31,076 bases of DNA from a virus (lineage: Duplodnaviria > Caudoviricetes). Position 1 is the stretch's first letter. Each line of letters opens with the position of its first letter. Below, piece after piece: positions 15,149-26,755 of the stretch. A program made the position numbers and the translations under genes. The notes below the pieces were generated by a model. That model was not told the DNA's origin, searched no databases, and saw only the letters and a program-made list of their open reading frames with translations. The stretch spans positions 1-31,076 of the IMG/VR virus record IMGVR_UViG_3300020042_009361. One strand, 5' to 3'.

Positions 15149-16558
15149 ATGAATACATCTATATATAAAGTTAGTGACGGGAGTACAATCACGTTTAAAA
15201 CACGTGGCCCTGAACTATACGCTGTATTATCTACTCCTAGTGGACAAGTTATTAATGGCCCATCAAGGATGGGTAACACTGAAGAAAAAGCAGCTAGGGA
15301 AATATTACTAGCTAATAATATAGTTGATCCTAACTCAGGTGAACCACTAACTTACACTATTGAAGGTTCACAAAACCAATCAAGTACTGAAGGAAATAAT
15401 ACTGTGTATGAACTTCCTAGAGTTACATTAAGTAAAGTTTCTGATGAAACATCTTTAAATATAGCTAAAGTTAATAAAGAAATATTAATCCAAGATAATC
15501 AAACTAAAAATGAAATATTAGAATCTGAACTTCCACCTGAGGTTAGGCTTACTAATTTTGTTAATAGTCAAAAATCAAAAATAAAAAAAAGATTAATACC
15601 TTTTGTTATAGGATTAATTACTCCTTATGCACCTACAATAATACCTATAGTAGTTTCTCAATTAGGTGTAAGTGGAGATTCCTCAGTTGATTCTATAAAA
15701 GCAAACGCTCAAGCTAAAAGAGATGAAGCTCAAGCTAAAATAGATGCTGCTAGAGACCAAACTGAAAATACTATAGCTGGTGCTAGGGAAACTACTGCAA
15801 GTGCTAAAGAAGCAGCCAAAGATAAAGAAAAACTAAAAGAAATAACTAAAAAAATACAAGCTACCTCAATCGGAGCTCTTTTACTAAGCCAATTACCTAT
15901 AGAGCAATTAAGAGATCAAATAAATTGCCCATCATCTGCCCTCATATCCTCAATTATTAAAAAGCGAGACTCATTAGCTACTCAAATAAATGGTATATAT
16001 ACTCAAGTTCAAAGATTAACCTCTTTACAAACCACAGCTGGGCTAGCTATTACAACTGTGACAATAGGTATAAACCTCATCTCAGCTGCACCACCACAAA
16101 CTGTACCTGGTGCTTTTTTAATTACTCATGAAAAACTAGCTAACGCTTTAAAAGTAGCTAAAACCGTTGTTAATACTCTAACTTTAACTTTAGCATCATT
16201 CGGTGTACTTTTAGGTACTATTTTAAAACTTTTAGAAGCATTAGATGTAATATTACAAATATGTGCCAGTGATCAAAACATAAACCCAGTACAAATAAAC
16301 GACGAAATTAATGCTCTAGCTAACCCTACAGTAGTAGCAACTCAAAATAATAATACTAATACTTATAAAGGATTTACTTTAGGAGTAAAAATTGATGAAA
16401 AAAATGAAAGCAAATATATTCGACGCTACGCCATAGCCCAAAATAAACAAGGCGTAGATATATTAAAAACCGACTCTTCATTTGCCTCAGATCCCGCAGT
16501 ATTAATATCTCAATTAAAATTTATAATAGATTTAAATCCTAGTATAACAGCTGAATAA
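15149..16558 (+). CDS. Putative virion protein with coiled coil and hydrophobic helices (469 aa)
   Basis: Ala/Lys/Glu-rich coil, several hydrophobic segments; TATTTATT variant motif upstream. Confidence 0.65.
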   Translation: MNTSIYKVSDGSTITFKTRGPELYAVLSTPSGQVINGPSRMGNTEEKAAREILLANNIVDPNSGEPLTYTIEGSQNQSSTEGNNTVYELPRVTLSKVSDETSLNIAKVNKEILIQDNQTKNEILESELPPEVRLTNFVNSQKSKIKKRLIPFVIGLITPYAPTIIPIVVSQLGVSGDSSVDSIKANAQAKRDEAQAKIDAARDQTENTIAGARETTASAKEAAKDKEKLKEITKKIQATSIGALLLSQLPIEQLRDQINCPSSALISSIIKKRDSLATQINGIYTQVQRLTSLQTTAGLAITTVTIGINLISAAPPQTVPGAFLITHEKLANALKVAKTVVNTLTLTLASFGVLLGTILKLLEALDVILQICASDQNINPVQINDEINALANPTVVATQNNNTNTYKGFTLGVKIDEKNESKYIRRYAIAQNKQGVDILKTDSSFASDPAVLISQLKFIIDLNPSITAE

Positions 16559-16576
16559 TCAAATATTTATAATCAT

Positions 16577-16927
16577 ATGAAAATCGAAGGACTAAAAAAA
16601 TTAATCAAAGAAGCAGTACGTGAAGCAATTCAAGAAGAATTAAAAGATATTCTACTTGAAGCAGTTAAATCACCTAGAACAGTAGTACAGGAAAATTACA
16701 CCCCAGTTCCTACTTATCAACAATCTTCTCCTGTGAATCATGATCTTAAACGTAATTTAAGAAGTATGATTGGAGGTGAATTTGATACAATGATATCTGC
16801 AAATTCATCTCATGCTCAACCTTCTTATACCCCACCTGCGTCAGCTAATACTATGGGTGAAGGATCAAGTTTACCTGGTGGTGAAGTAAGTTTAGATCAA
16901 ATAATGGGAATAATGAGTGGTAAATAA
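16577..16927 (+). CDS. Hypothetical late protein with LKKLIKEAVRE leader
   Basis: TATTTATA 16564-16571 upstream. Confidence 0.75.
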   Translation: MKIEGLKKLIKEAVREAIQEELKDILLEAVKSPRTVVQENYTPVPTYQQSSPVNHDLKRNLRSMIGGEFDTMISANSSHAQPSYTPPASANTMGEGSSLPGGEVSLDQIMGIMSGK

Positions 16928-17361
16928 TGGCTTATAGAGTTGAACCATCTAATATAGGGATAGATAATCCTTTCATCTCAGGATCAGTATTGACTGCAGT
17001 TGGGGTAAGTCTTCCTTTTAATGGAACTATTGGTTTTAATTCAACATATTCATCTATAGAACAAGTTCGTTCTAACTTAATTGATTATATATTAACTAAT
17101 AAAGGTGAAAGACCACTTAATCCTAATTATGGTAGTGACTTAAAAAAATATATATTTTCAAATATAACCGATACAACTTTATATGGAAATATGAGTATTA
17201 GTGATCTTAAAACTATGTTAACTACTGGTATTCAAAATAATTTTGCTAAAATAAAAATCATAAATCTAGACATCACTACTTCACCTGATACTAACTCAGT
17301 TAATATTTCTATAAATTATTCATTTTTAGGAACATTATCTACTGTTAATATTACAATATAA
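16927..17361 (+). CDS. Baseplate wedge protein, T4 gp25-like
   Basis: EQVRSNLIDYILTNKGERPLNPNYGSDL is the GPW/gp25 signature. Confidence 0.9.
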   Translation: MAYRVEPSNIGIDNPFISGSVLTAVGVSLPFNGTIGFNSTYSSIEQVRSNLIDYILTNKGERPLNPNYGSDLKKYIFSNITDTTLYGNMSISDLKTMLTTGIQNNFAKIKIINLDITTSPDTNSVNISINYSFLGTLSTVNITI

Positions 17362-17368
17362 TTCACAA

Positions 17369-19231
17369 ATGGCTGAAAACATAAATATAAACTATATAAA
17401 TAAAGATTTTACTGAGTATAAATCGTCATTAGTAGAGTTTGCTAAAACATACTTTCCCACAACATATACTGATTTTTCTCCATCTTCTCCTGGGACTATG
17501 TTCTTGGAAATGTCTGCTTATATAGGTGATGTTTTATCTTTTTATCTTGACAATCAAATTCAAGAAAATTTCATACAATATGCTAGACAACAAAATAATG
17601 TATATTCATTAGCATACATGTTAGGTTATCGCCCTAAAGTTACAGGCGCTGCTATAGTTAATATTGATTTTTATCAACAAGTTCCCTCAGTACTAATAGG
17701 AGGTTCATACCAACCTGATTATTCTTATGCTGTGCAAATACTAGAAAACACAGTAGTAAATTCAACTTCTACCAATAATATTCCATTTTTGGTACAAGAT
17801 CCAATAGATTTTTCATTCTCTAGTTCACAAGATCCAACCACATCTACTATATACCAAACAACAGGAACTAATGTTGATTACTTTCTTTTAAAGAAAACTA
17901 GAAAAGCTACATCTGCTGGAATTAAAACAACTACATTCTCATTTGGGACAGTGACAAAATACCCAACAATATCAATTACTGATTCAAATATTATAGGTAT
18001 ATTAGATATTGTAGATTCTGATGGAAACACTTGGTATGAAGTACCATACTTAGGTCAAGAAATGATATATGATACTATTAGTAACACTAATATCAATAAT
18101 CCTAACTTCTCGGCTAATCAAAGTGATGTTCCATTTTTACTTCAACTTAAAAAAGTACCTCGTAGATTTGTTACTAGATTCACAACCCCTACAAACTTTG
18201 AAATACAATTTGGAGCAGGAACAAATACTGCTAATATTGACGAAGAAATCACACCTAATCCAGATAATGTAGGTTTAGGTTTACCATATAAGAGATCAAA
18301 ATTAACAACAGCATTTTCACCAGTTAATTTCTTATATACTAATACTTATGGTATAGCTCCAAATAATACTACTTTAACAGTTAGATATTTAGTTGGTGGA
18401 GGATTAACATCAAATGTTTCTTCAAATACTTTAAATTCTATAGGTAATAAAGGAAATATTAAATTAAATAATGGATTAGATCCTACTTTAGCTCAATATG
18501 TTTTTAACTCTGTGTCTACTAATAATGCTTTAGCAGCTAGTGGAGGAGGTAGTGGTGACACTATTGAAGAAGTAAGGAATAATGCTTTAGCTAGTTTTAT
18601 AACTCAACAGCGAAGTGTTACATTAGATGACTATTTAATCCGAACCTTAAGCCTACCCTCAGAATATGGGACTATAGCTAAAGCATATATTGAGACTCAA
18701 AAATTACAATCTTTATCACCTGGAGAAACACCAGCAGTATTAGATTTATCTGTTTTATCTTATGATAAGAATGGTAAATTAAATAAAGCTTCTAAAGCTT
18801 TAAAACAAAATTTATCAACTTATTTATCACAAAATAAAATAATAAATGATTCTATAAAAATTAAAGATGCTTTTATTATTAATATAGGTGTTGATTTTGA
18901 TATAACTGTATTACCACAATATAATAGTAATGAAGTTATATTTAATTGTATATCTAAACTTAAAGAATATTTCGCTATAAATAATTGGCAAATTAATGAA
19001 CCTATTTTATTAAAAGATATATATATATTATTAGATAAAGTAGTTGGGGTACAAACAGTTAAAAATGTATCTATAACTAATAAAGCCGGATCACTCCTTA
19101 ATTATTCAGATTATGCTTATGATATCGCAGGTGCTACTCAAAATAATGTTATTTATCCAAGTTTAGACCCAATGATATTTGAAGTTAAATACCCAGATAC
19201 AGATATTAAAGGTCGTGTTGTATCTTTTTAA
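17369..19231 (+). CDS. Baseplate wedge protein, T4 gp6 / baseplate J-like
   Basis: KDFTEYKSSL..TDF..GTMFLEMSAYIGDVLSFY, LAYMLGYRP, GGGSGDTIEEVR..QQRSVTLDDY. Confidence 0.9.
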   Translation: MAENININYINKDFTEYKSSLVEFAKTYFPTTYTDFSPSSPGTMFLEMSAYIGDVLSFYLDNQIQENFIQYARQQNNVYSLAYMLGYRPKVTGAAIVNIDFYQQVPSVLIGGSYQPDYSYAVQILENTVVNSTSTNNIPFLVQDPIDFSFSSSQDPTTSTIYQTTGTNVDYFLLKKTRKATSAGIKTTTFSFGTVTKYPTISITDSNIIGILDIVDSDGNTWYEVPYLGQEMIYDTISNTNINNPNFSANQSDVPFLLQLKKVPRRFVTRFTTPTNFEIQFGAGTNTANIDEEITPNPDNVGLGLPYKRSKLTTAFSPVNFLYTNTYGIAPNNTTLTVRYLVGGGLTSNVSSNTLNSIGNKGNIKLNNGLDPTLAQYVFNSVSTNNALAASGGGSGDTIEEVRNNALASFITQQRSVTLDDYLIRTLSLPSEYGTIAKAYIETQKLQSLSPGETPAVLDLSVLSYDKNGKLNKASKALKQNLSTYLSQNKIINDSIKIKDAFIINIGVDFDITVLPQYNSNEVIFNCISKLKEYFAINNWQINEPILLKDIYILLDKVVGVQTVKNVSITNKAGSLLNYSDYAYDIAGATQNNVIYPSLDPMIFEVKYPDTDIKGRVVSF

Positions 19232-19250
19232 TAAATTATATTTATAACAA

Positions 19251-20339
19251 ATGGCTATATACAAATTATTTCCTTCACAAGACGCTACAATATATTCTAG
19301 ATACCCTAATAAAAACACAGGACTAAATGAAATATTATCTGTAAGTATTGAAGACGCTCAAGATAGTGGTAATACACAAGCTGTTAGAACTTTAATACAA
19401 TTTTCATCTACTGAAATAGCAGATGTTATTACTAATAAAGTAAGTGGATCTAATTGGAGTGCTTCTTTAAGAGGATTCATAGCTGAAGCCAATGGATTAA
19501 ATTCTGATACTACTTTAGAAGTATATGCTGTGACTGGCTCTTGGAATATGGGCACAGGAAAATATTCCTACTCCCCCGAATATACTAATGGAGTAAGTTG
19601 GTATAGCAGATTATCTTCAGGTAGTGGACTATGGAGAACAACGGGATTTCCCGCAGGAATAACAGGGTCATATGGTTCCGTGAGTGGTGGAGGTAACTGG
19701 TATACTGCCTCTTATACGCAGTCATTTTCATACTATGATGACAAAGATATAAACATAAATGTTACACCTATAGTTAGAAGTTGGTTCTCTGAATCTATAG
19801 CTAATAATGGGTTTATTATTAAACAAGCTGTTGAATTTATAGATGATCTTTTATATAATATTAATTTAGATTATTTTTCAAGAGATACTCATACTATATA
19901 TCCTCCACAATTAGAAATAAAATGGAGAGACTACTCATTTAGTACCGGATCATTAACTGAACTAAACATACTACCAGCTACAATATCTGTAGATAACAAC
20001 TCAGGAACTTTTTATCCTAATAGTATTAATGAGTTTAGAGTAAACAGCAGACCTGAATATCCAGCTAGAACATTTGCTACTGCTTCTTATTTTACAAAAA
20101 ATTATTATCTACCTACAGCATCATATTATGCTATTAAGGACACTTATACTAATGAATATGTAGTAGATTTTAATGATCAATTTACTCAATTAAGTGTGGA
20201 TACTAATGGAAGTTATTTTACATTATATATGAATGGTCTAGAACCTGAAAGATATTACAATATATTAATTAAAACTATCATAGATAGTAATACTTTAATA
20301 TTTGATAATAACTACACTTTTAAAGTAATAAATGGCTAA
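19251..20339 (+). CDS. Structural protein with DNRLRE/CBM96-like beta domain
   Basis: SQDATIYSRYPNKNTG..RTLIQF..W..NNGFII..F-SRD..P-LEI pattern; TATTTATA 19239-19246. Confidence 0.6.
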   Translation: MAIYKLFPSQDATIYSRYPNKNTGLNEILSVSIEDAQDSGNTQAVRTLIQFSSTEIADVITNKVSGSNWSASLRGFIAEANGLNSDTTLEVYAVTGSWNMGTGKYSYSPEYTNGVSWYSRLSSGSGLWRTTGFPAGITGSYGSVSGGGNWYTASYTQSFSYYDDKDININVTPIVRSWFSESIANNGFIIKQAVEFIDDLLYNINLDYFSRDTHTIYPPQLEIKWRDYSFSTGSLTELNILPATISVDNNSGTFYPNSINEFRVNSRPEYPARTFATASYFTKNYYLPTASYYAIKDTYTNEYVVDFNDQFTQLSVDTNGSYFTLYMNGLEPERYYNILIKTIIDSNTLIFDNNYTFKVING

Positions 20340-20685
20340 TTATAATTTAAATAAAACAGTCTATAATAGAAGAGAATATGTCAATGTTATTGATACCTCT
20401 TTCACACAATTAACTCCTCCTGCCCCACCAGTAGAGGATACTATTACTGTTGAAGAATTTTTCACTTATTATAATAAAATATTTTATGATATACCCACAG
20501 TAGGGAATACTAACTCTCATGAATACTTAGTTAAAACAAGTGCTGAATATTTAAATACTTCTGTACCAAATGATGAAGTACAATTATTATTAGATGAAAT
20601 AACATCATTGAGACAACAATTATTAGAGTCTCAACAACAATTAATTAATACTAAAATATCATCTAGTTTGTTAAATATACAATAA
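20332..20685 (+). CDS. Hypothetical structural protein with C-terminal coiled coil (117 aa)
   Basis: Overlap-coupled in tail operon. Confidence 0.75.
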   Translation: MANYNLNKTVYNRREYVNVIDTSFTQLTPPAPPVEDTITVEEFFTYYNKIFYDIPTVGNTNSHEYLVKTSAEYLNTSVPNDEVQLLLDEITSLRQQLLESQQQLINTKISSSLLNIQ

Positions 20686-23600
20686 TGGCTACAAATGTAA
20701 CTCCAATATTATCACCTAACTCATACTTACCAAGTGATGAGAGATTAATCCAATCCTCCCAGATTGAAGCTACATTTAATCCTTCTACAGACTATATAGA
20801 GTATGTAATTTCTACTCCTAATAAATCATTCCAAACAGTAGATTATAGATATAATAATTATTCTTTTCCTACTAATGGAACTGTAATTTCAAATAATATT
20901 AGTTCTATAGAAATAGACCCAGCAGCGGATATAAATCGTAAAGGTTTATCAAATGGGAATTATAATGTTTACTATAATTTTTATAAAAATGAATTATTTT
21001 CTTCTTTTGATAATCAATCATATTTTATAAATTCCATATCCCCTGATAGGACTGAAGTTGTAATAAGATATTTAGATCCTAATATAGGATTAGTAACAGC
21101 TGTAGATGAATTTAAACTATCTCTATCTACAGATATATCATATTTTCAAGATTTTTATTTAAATTTTGGTAATAATATATTATCTATAGCTAATAACATA
21201 GATATAGATCCTATCACATATGATATAATAGTTAATTTATACCAACCCCTACCTAATAATATAAGTGTAAATACACCATTATGGTTTATAACTAAAATAG
21301 CTGATGCTTTATCTTTTAATATATCATCTACCTCAGACCCTATATCTTCTCCCAATGTAACTTTTAATATTAAGGGACCTAATTTTAATATTGCTTCTCA
21401 AGATAAAGTTAACAATACAACAAATTACACTAATTATGATAATCTTTTAACAACTCAATTAACATCATCTGTTAATCAAATTAAAAGTTATTTAAATGAA
21501 AATAGTATAAATATTAGTATTGATTATACTGATTTTTCTAATTTTATACATTTCTCATCAGCTGAACAAAGAGTATATAATTTTTATTATAAAGTTAAAC
21601 AAATAGAAAGTTATACTAATGAATTAAATGCTTTATCTACTGTTACTTCTTCATTAAGTAGTTCAATTGTTATTCAACAAAAAGTAACAGATATAATTAA
21701 GAATTTTGATGGATATGAGTATTATTTATACTATGATTCTAGCTCATATACATGGCCTAAATCAACATCTACTATCCCATATGCTCTATACTCTACAGGA
21801 AGTGCACAAGTATTAACATGGTTTGCTTCTGCTACAGGAAGTGCCTCATTATATGATAGTAACAATCAAGATTATTTATATTATTCAATTCCTGAATATG
21901 TTACAGATGATACTAGAAATGATGCTTATGTTACTTTTACCCAATTAATAGGACAACATTATGATAATATTTGGACTTATTATAAAGATGTAACTAATCG
22001 TTATAATGCTGATAATAGATTAGATTATGGTATTTCTAAAGATTTAGTAGCAGAAGCTCTAAAATCATTTGGTGTAAAGATATACCAAAATAACTTCACA
22101 TCTGAAGACTTATTTAACGCATTCACTGGTTTTAACTCAGGTAGTACAGGTATAAATTTATCACCTACAGGATCTGATTTAATTACACAATATATAACAG
22201 CTTCATATGAAGCATCTGTGACCCCAATAGATGATTATAATAAAGAAATATACAAACGTATTTATCATAACTTACCTTATTTAGCTAAAACTAAAGGTAC
22301 TATACCTGGTTTACGTGCTTTAATAAATTGTTTTGGTGTACCTGATACTGTTTTAAGAATTAGTGAGTTTGGAGGCAGAGATAAAGATACCTCTACTTAT
22401 GATTATTTTGACCAACAGTTTGATTATGCTGCTGAAGCTAGTGCATCATCAATAATTACCACCCCATGGCTTTTAAATACTGCTTGGAGTGCTAGTATCA
22501 ATGAATTTAAAGCATCATCAGTGCAATTTAGATTTAAAACCAGTAACTTTGATACAGGATCTAATTACCAAATTTGGAGTTTAAACACAGGCCCAACTAC
22601 ACCACCCTCAGCTTCATTAGTCCTTAGATATAGTGGATCAGGTTTAACTACAGGTTCATACAGTGGATCATCAGTTAATCCTTATTACCAACATGCTTAT
22701 TTAACATTTTATCCTAAAGTAGATGATATTGTAAATACAGCAAGTGTATACTTACCATTTTTTGATCATGGATGGTGGTCAGTTATGATTAATAAATTCC
22801 AAGATACCTATACATTATATGCTAGTAATAAACTTTATTATGATGGATATGATGGTAATCAAATAGGATATCTAGCTTCCTCATCAGCTGTATTAGCTAA
22901 TACATCATGGACAGGAAGTAGTAGTGTATCAATGTTTCTTTCCTCATCATCCAGCATAGGAGGTACAACATATAATAGATTTACAGGTTCATTACAAGAA
23001 ATAAGATATTGGATCAAAACTGGAAGTGTAGATTCATTTAAAGATTTTGTAATGAATCCCCAATCTATAGATTACTCTGGAGAAGTTTTATATGATGATT
23101 ACTTAGTATTTAGACTACCATTAGGAGGAGATTTATATACAGGATCAACATCTGTTCATCCTAGAGTGACAGGTTCTTGGGGTGTGACAGGTTCATTTAT
23201 ATCCTCTAATAACGCTACCTTAACTAATGTTACTTTTAAACCAAATACAGAAGCACGATTCTTAAATTCACCTATAGTAGGTTTAAGAGGTAGAGTAACA
23301 GATAAAATACAAATTATATCTAGTAGTTTACCTACAGGAAGTGTTATATCACAATATATTTCTATAGAACAATCATATCCATCATTAGGTAGTGAATCAC
23401 CTGATGTTAATATGTTAGAGGTAGCATTTTCACCTCAAAACGAAGTTAATGATGATATTATTGACTCATTAGGATATTTTAATATAGGTGAATATATTGG
23501 TGACCCAAGACAAGTATCTTCATCTGCTACTTCATACCCTGACTTAAATACTTTAAGTGATAATTTCTTCCAAAAATATTTTGATTCTTATGATTTAAAT

Positions 23601-24158
23601 GATTATATAAGATTAATTAAATATTTTGATAATTCATTATTTAAAATGATTAAAGATTTTGTTCCTGCAAGAACAAGTCTTACAACAGGTGTAGTTATTA
23701 AACAACATATTTTAGAAAGAAATAAGTATCCTCAACCACAAGTTGAATGGGAAGAATTAGATTATAGTGGCTCTATACAAACTGCTTTCTTTAGTGGTAG
23801 TACTGGAGGAACATTTAACCAATATAATACTACAACATTTGCTCAAGATTGGATACAAACATATACTGGTTCAACAGGTGTATCTTATATCTCCCACTCA
23901 ACCCAAGATGAGTTTTATAATGGTGAGTTACCTGGAACAGAATTTATAGTAACAGATGGTGAACTAAACCCAGACAATGAGTTTAAATATCCTTCTACTT
24001 TTGAAGTATACTATGATCCAACTTTATATTTAAGTAGTATAACCCCACTAGAAAACTTTTTAAATATTAATACTTCACCAAATCAAGGTGAAATATATTT
24101 ATGGTTTGATACAGGTAGCACACTACAACCATTTCAACCAGGTATCCCACAAAGATAA
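20685..24158 (+). CDS. Large baseplate wedge/tail protein (gp7 / P2 gpI-like segment plus LamG-like domain)
   Basis: IYHNLPYLAKTKGTIPGLRALINCFG; SVQFRFK..WWSVMI..FTGSLQEIRYW. Confidence 0.65.
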   Translation: MATNVTPILSPNSYLPSDERLIQSSQIEATFNPSTDYIEYVISTPNKSFQTVDYRYNNYSFPTNGTVISNNISSIEIDPAADINRKGLSNGNYNVYYNFYKNELFSSFDNQSYFINSISPDRTEVVIRYLDPNIGLVTAVDEFKLSLSTDISYFQDFYLNFGNNILSIANNIDIDPITYDIIVNLYQPLPNNISVNTPLWFITKIADALSFNISSTSDPISSPNVTFNIKGPNFNIASQDKVNNTTNYTNYDNLLTTQLTSSVNQIKSYLNENSINISIDYTDFSNFIHFSSAEQRVYNFYYKVKQIESYTNELNALSTVTSSLSSSIVIQQKVTDIIKNFDGYEYYLYYDSSSYTWPKSTSTIPYALYSTGSAQVLTWFASATGSASLYDSNNQDYLYYSIPEYVTDDTRNDAYVTFTQLIGQHYDNIWTYYKDVTNRYNADNRLDYGISKDLVAEALKSFGVKIYQNNFTSEDLFNAFTGFNSGSTGINLSPTGSDLITQYITASYEASVTPIDDYNKEIYKRIYHNLPYLAKTKGTIPGLRALINCFGVPDTVLRISEFGGRDKDTSTYDYFDQQFDYAAEASASSIITTPWLLNTAWSASINEFKASSVQFRFKTSNFDTGSNYQIWSLNTGPTTPPSASLVLRYSGSGLTTGSYSGSSVNPYYQHAYLTFYPKVDDIVNTASVYLPFFDHGWWSVMINKFQDTYTLYASNKLYYDGYDGNQIGYLASSSAVLANTSWTGSSSVSMFLSSSSSIGGTTYNRFTGSLQEIRYWIKTGSVDSFKDFVMNPQSIDYSGEVLYDDYLVFRLPLGGDLYTGSTSVHPRVTGSWGVTGSFISSNNATLTNVTFKPNTEARFLNSPIVGLRGRVTDKIQIISSSLPTGSVISQYISIEQSYPSLGSESPDVNMLEVAFSPQNEVNDDIIDSLGYFNIGEYIGDPRQVSSSATSYPDLNTLSDNFFQKYFDSYDLNDYIRLIKYFDNSLFKMIKDFVPARTSLTTGVVIKQHILERNKYPQPQVEWEELDYSGSIQTAFFSGSTGGTFNQYNTTTFAQDWIQTYTGSTGVSYISHSTQDEFYNGELPGTEFIVTDGELNPDNEFKYPSTFEVYYDPTLYLSSITPLENFLNINTSPNQGEIYLWFDTGSTLQPFQPGIPQR

Positions 24159-24170
24159 TAAATAAAAGAT

Positions 24171-25133
24171 ATGCCAACAGGATTCGGACAAACATATAAT
24201 AGTGGAGTAAAATACATTAAAGTTAATAGATATGACTCTGGTGGACTTGATAGATCAGATTATTTAGGCCAACTGCAATCACTAACACTCACATACCCAG
24301 ACCGTAGTGCAATTGAATATCCTATTGTCACTACCCAAGAACAAGCTAACTTTTATCTATATAGTATAATACCAGGATATAATACTTCTTCTAGAGGAAA
24401 TATAAATGATTACAGTTTAATAGCTACACAATCTAGTTTTAATTTTCCAATAAGTACATTTGTACCCTTAACAGCTTCACTTACAGCAAGTGTTAACACA
24501 TTAGGATATTTTAACAACCTAACATCTTTTTATACCTTAGGAGATACTCCAAATATTCCTGTTAGTTTTTCTTTAGCGGCTACTAGTAGTAATAATTTAA
24601 CTAGTACTTTTATTATAGTATACTCTAATAGAAGCACCCCAGGTTTACCAACAGTAACACCTCCATTTTCAAATCCTGACTATATATATCAAGTAGCATT
24701 TTTAACCATCTCCCCATCTGTATTATCTGGGTCCTCAACAACAGTTGTGAATGGACTATTAGAAACTGATACTTTTGTAATAGGAGTAAGTACAGGACTA
24801 GGAGCAGCAGCTACTGTAACTAAATTAACTTGGGGTATAACTCAATCTGTAATATTTAATGGTTCATCATCATTAACAATATTTGATCCTGATGCTCTTA
24901 ATTTTGATTATAATGATTATAACCCATTACTAGGTAATGCTGAAACACCACAATACTCTACTGTATGGATGGATATAGATTATTCTCAAAATCCCTTGGT
25001 TCCTATTAATTTTGGCCTTATCATATCAGGAACAGCAGATAGAGCATTTGTTCAAGACTCAAATTATAATTCAAAAGCTTGGTCTAATATTAGATATAAT
25101 GGTAGTAGAACAACATCATATAGAATTAATTAA
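24171..25133 (+). CDS. Putative tail/baseplate structural protein (320 aa)
   Basis: S/T-rich beta-type composition, operon context. Confidence 0.65.
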   Translation: MPTGFGQTYNSGVKYIKVNRYDSGGLDRSDYLGQLQSLTLTYPDRSAIEYPIVTTQEQANFYLYSIIPGYNTSSRGNINDYSLIATQSSFNFPISTFVPLTASLTASVNTLGYFNNLTSFYTLGDTPNIPVSFSLAATSSNNLTSTFIIVYSNRSTPGLPTVTPPFSNPDYIYQVAFLTISPSVLSGSSTTVVNGLLETDTFVIGVSTGLGAAATVTKLTWGITQSVIFNGSSSLTIFDPDALNFDYNDYNPLLGNAETPQYSTVWMDIDYSQNPLVPINFGLIISGTADRAFVQDSNYNSKAWSNIRYNGSRTTSYRIN

Positions 25134-25143
25134 TAAATAGTTT

Positions 25144-26727
25144 ATGCCTGGAATACAACAATACACACCCCAATTATCTATTAATGATCCACAAGGATTT
25201 CTATTAGGTAGTAATATTATAGGTGATTTTAATACTACCACAAATAATGGTAGTGGTTATGGAGCTTTCTCTGCAGCTGAAAAAAACCAAACATATTTTG
25301 CTTACTTTAGTAGTGTGGGAGGAACAGGTCCTGAACTTATAGATCAAACTGCTTATTTTCTTAAATATTTAATTGATGCTCAAGGAAATGTAGTAACACC
25401 TCAACCAAACTCAATTGATACACTTAATATGTTACAAAATTTTGAGCCAGGGAGAGTAGTAAATGTTACTAGTTTAGAAGGTACAACATTATTTAAACAA
25501 TTATTAGGTTCTAAAACTATAACAGATATTGGAAGAATAGAAACATTATTAGTAACTGAAACTAGTTCAATTAGAACTGAGTTTCTTCCTACAATGAGTT
25601 TTGCTCAAAATAATTCTATGGTTCAACAAATAAATAACCCACCAAATTATTCATTTAAAGCATTAAAAACAGGTAATACTACTCTTACATCTACCTCAAC
25701 AGCTACTCTTCCCTTTGAATCAGCTTTATTAAATCCATTAGGTGATTATAGTACTTCAACATATGAATATGATTTTAGTACAACTACTTCTACTTATGGT
25801 GTTGAAGTTAAATTTAAAGTTGGTTTAGCTGTTAAATTTGTATCATTTAATACTGTTGGTGGTAATTATAACTCAAATAAAATGGAACTTGAAGTAGTTA
25901 AATCTTCTGATAATTTTGCAACATCCCAATCCTTAAATTTATCTATACTTTCAAATAATCCTATCGCTAATCCCCAACCTAATTATTTATACTTAGATGC
26001 TACTGGGAGTACACTATCTGCATTCATAAACTCATCAGATGATTTACCCCAAACTGATACTAGATATATAACATTTGAAACTTTACCTTATACTTTTACT
26101 AATAATGATAAAGTAAGAGTACAATATCGCTTATATCTTTCTAGTGCTGATACAACTAATATTCTTTTATATGGTACTCCTTCTACAGCTGGAAGTACAT
26201 TCTTTTCATTAACTACCAATTATAGTAATAATCTTCAAATCACATCATCATATTGGGATGGGGCAACATATCCTACACCTGGCTCAAATATCACTCAATT
26301 TTTAACAGCTTCCTTAGGGCTATCAGGATTTATAAATAATAACATGGTGCAGGTGACCCCAACTGCTTCAACAGCATTCGGTTTTGATACCATATACCAA
26401 CCAGCAAATTTACAACCTGGAGATTATATTAGATTTGAATATGATCCTTCTAAACAATCTAGAATATATGATGTAACTAATTTAAGTGATGGTAGATTAC
26501 TTGTAGAAATATCTCCACCAATCCCAACTGGATCAATTCTAGATCATTTCTGTGTATATAGAATAAACCCAAATGCTGGTAATCAAATAATACTAAACAT
26601 ACCTAAACCTCCAGGCACAACAGGTCAACAATTAACTGGTTTTATTAAACCTCAATATATGTCAGATGATTTAGAAAAGAATTTTACAACTATAATCCAA
26701 AAACTTGTCGCAGAAGGCACAATATAA
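25144..26727 (+). CDS. Putative tail/baseplate structural protein (527 aa), C1q/TNF-like segment possible
   Basis: YSFKALK..TLPF..NPLGDYSTSTYEY..KFKV; S/T/N-rich. Confidence 0.6.
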   Translation: MPGIQQYTPQLSINDPQGFLLGSNIIGDFNTTTNNGSGYGAFSAAEKNQTYFAYFSSVGGTGPELIDQTAYFLKYLIDAQGNVVTPQPNSIDTLNMLQNFEPGRVVNVTSLEGTTLFKQLLGSKTITDIGRIETLLVTETSSIRTEFLPTMSFAQNNSMVQQINNPPNYSFKALKTGNTTLTSTSTATLPFESALLNPLGDYSTSTYEYDFSTTTSTYGVEVKFKVGLAVKFVSFNTVGGNYNSNKMELEVVKSSDNFATSQSLNLSILSNNPIANPQPNYLYLDATGSTLSAFINSSDDLPQTDTRYITFETLPYTFTNNDKVRVQYRLYLSSADTTNILLYGTPSTAGSTFFSLTTNYSNNLQITSSYWDGATYPTPGSNITQFLTASLGLSGFINNNMVQVTPTASTAFGFDTIYQPANLQPGDYIRFEYDPSKQSRIYDVTNLSDGRLLVEISPPIPTGSILDHFCVYRINPNAGNQIILNIPKPPGTTGQQLTGFIKPQYMSDDLEKNFTTIIQKLVAEGTI

Positions 26728-26755
26728 TAATATTTATAATAAATAAAAATAAAAA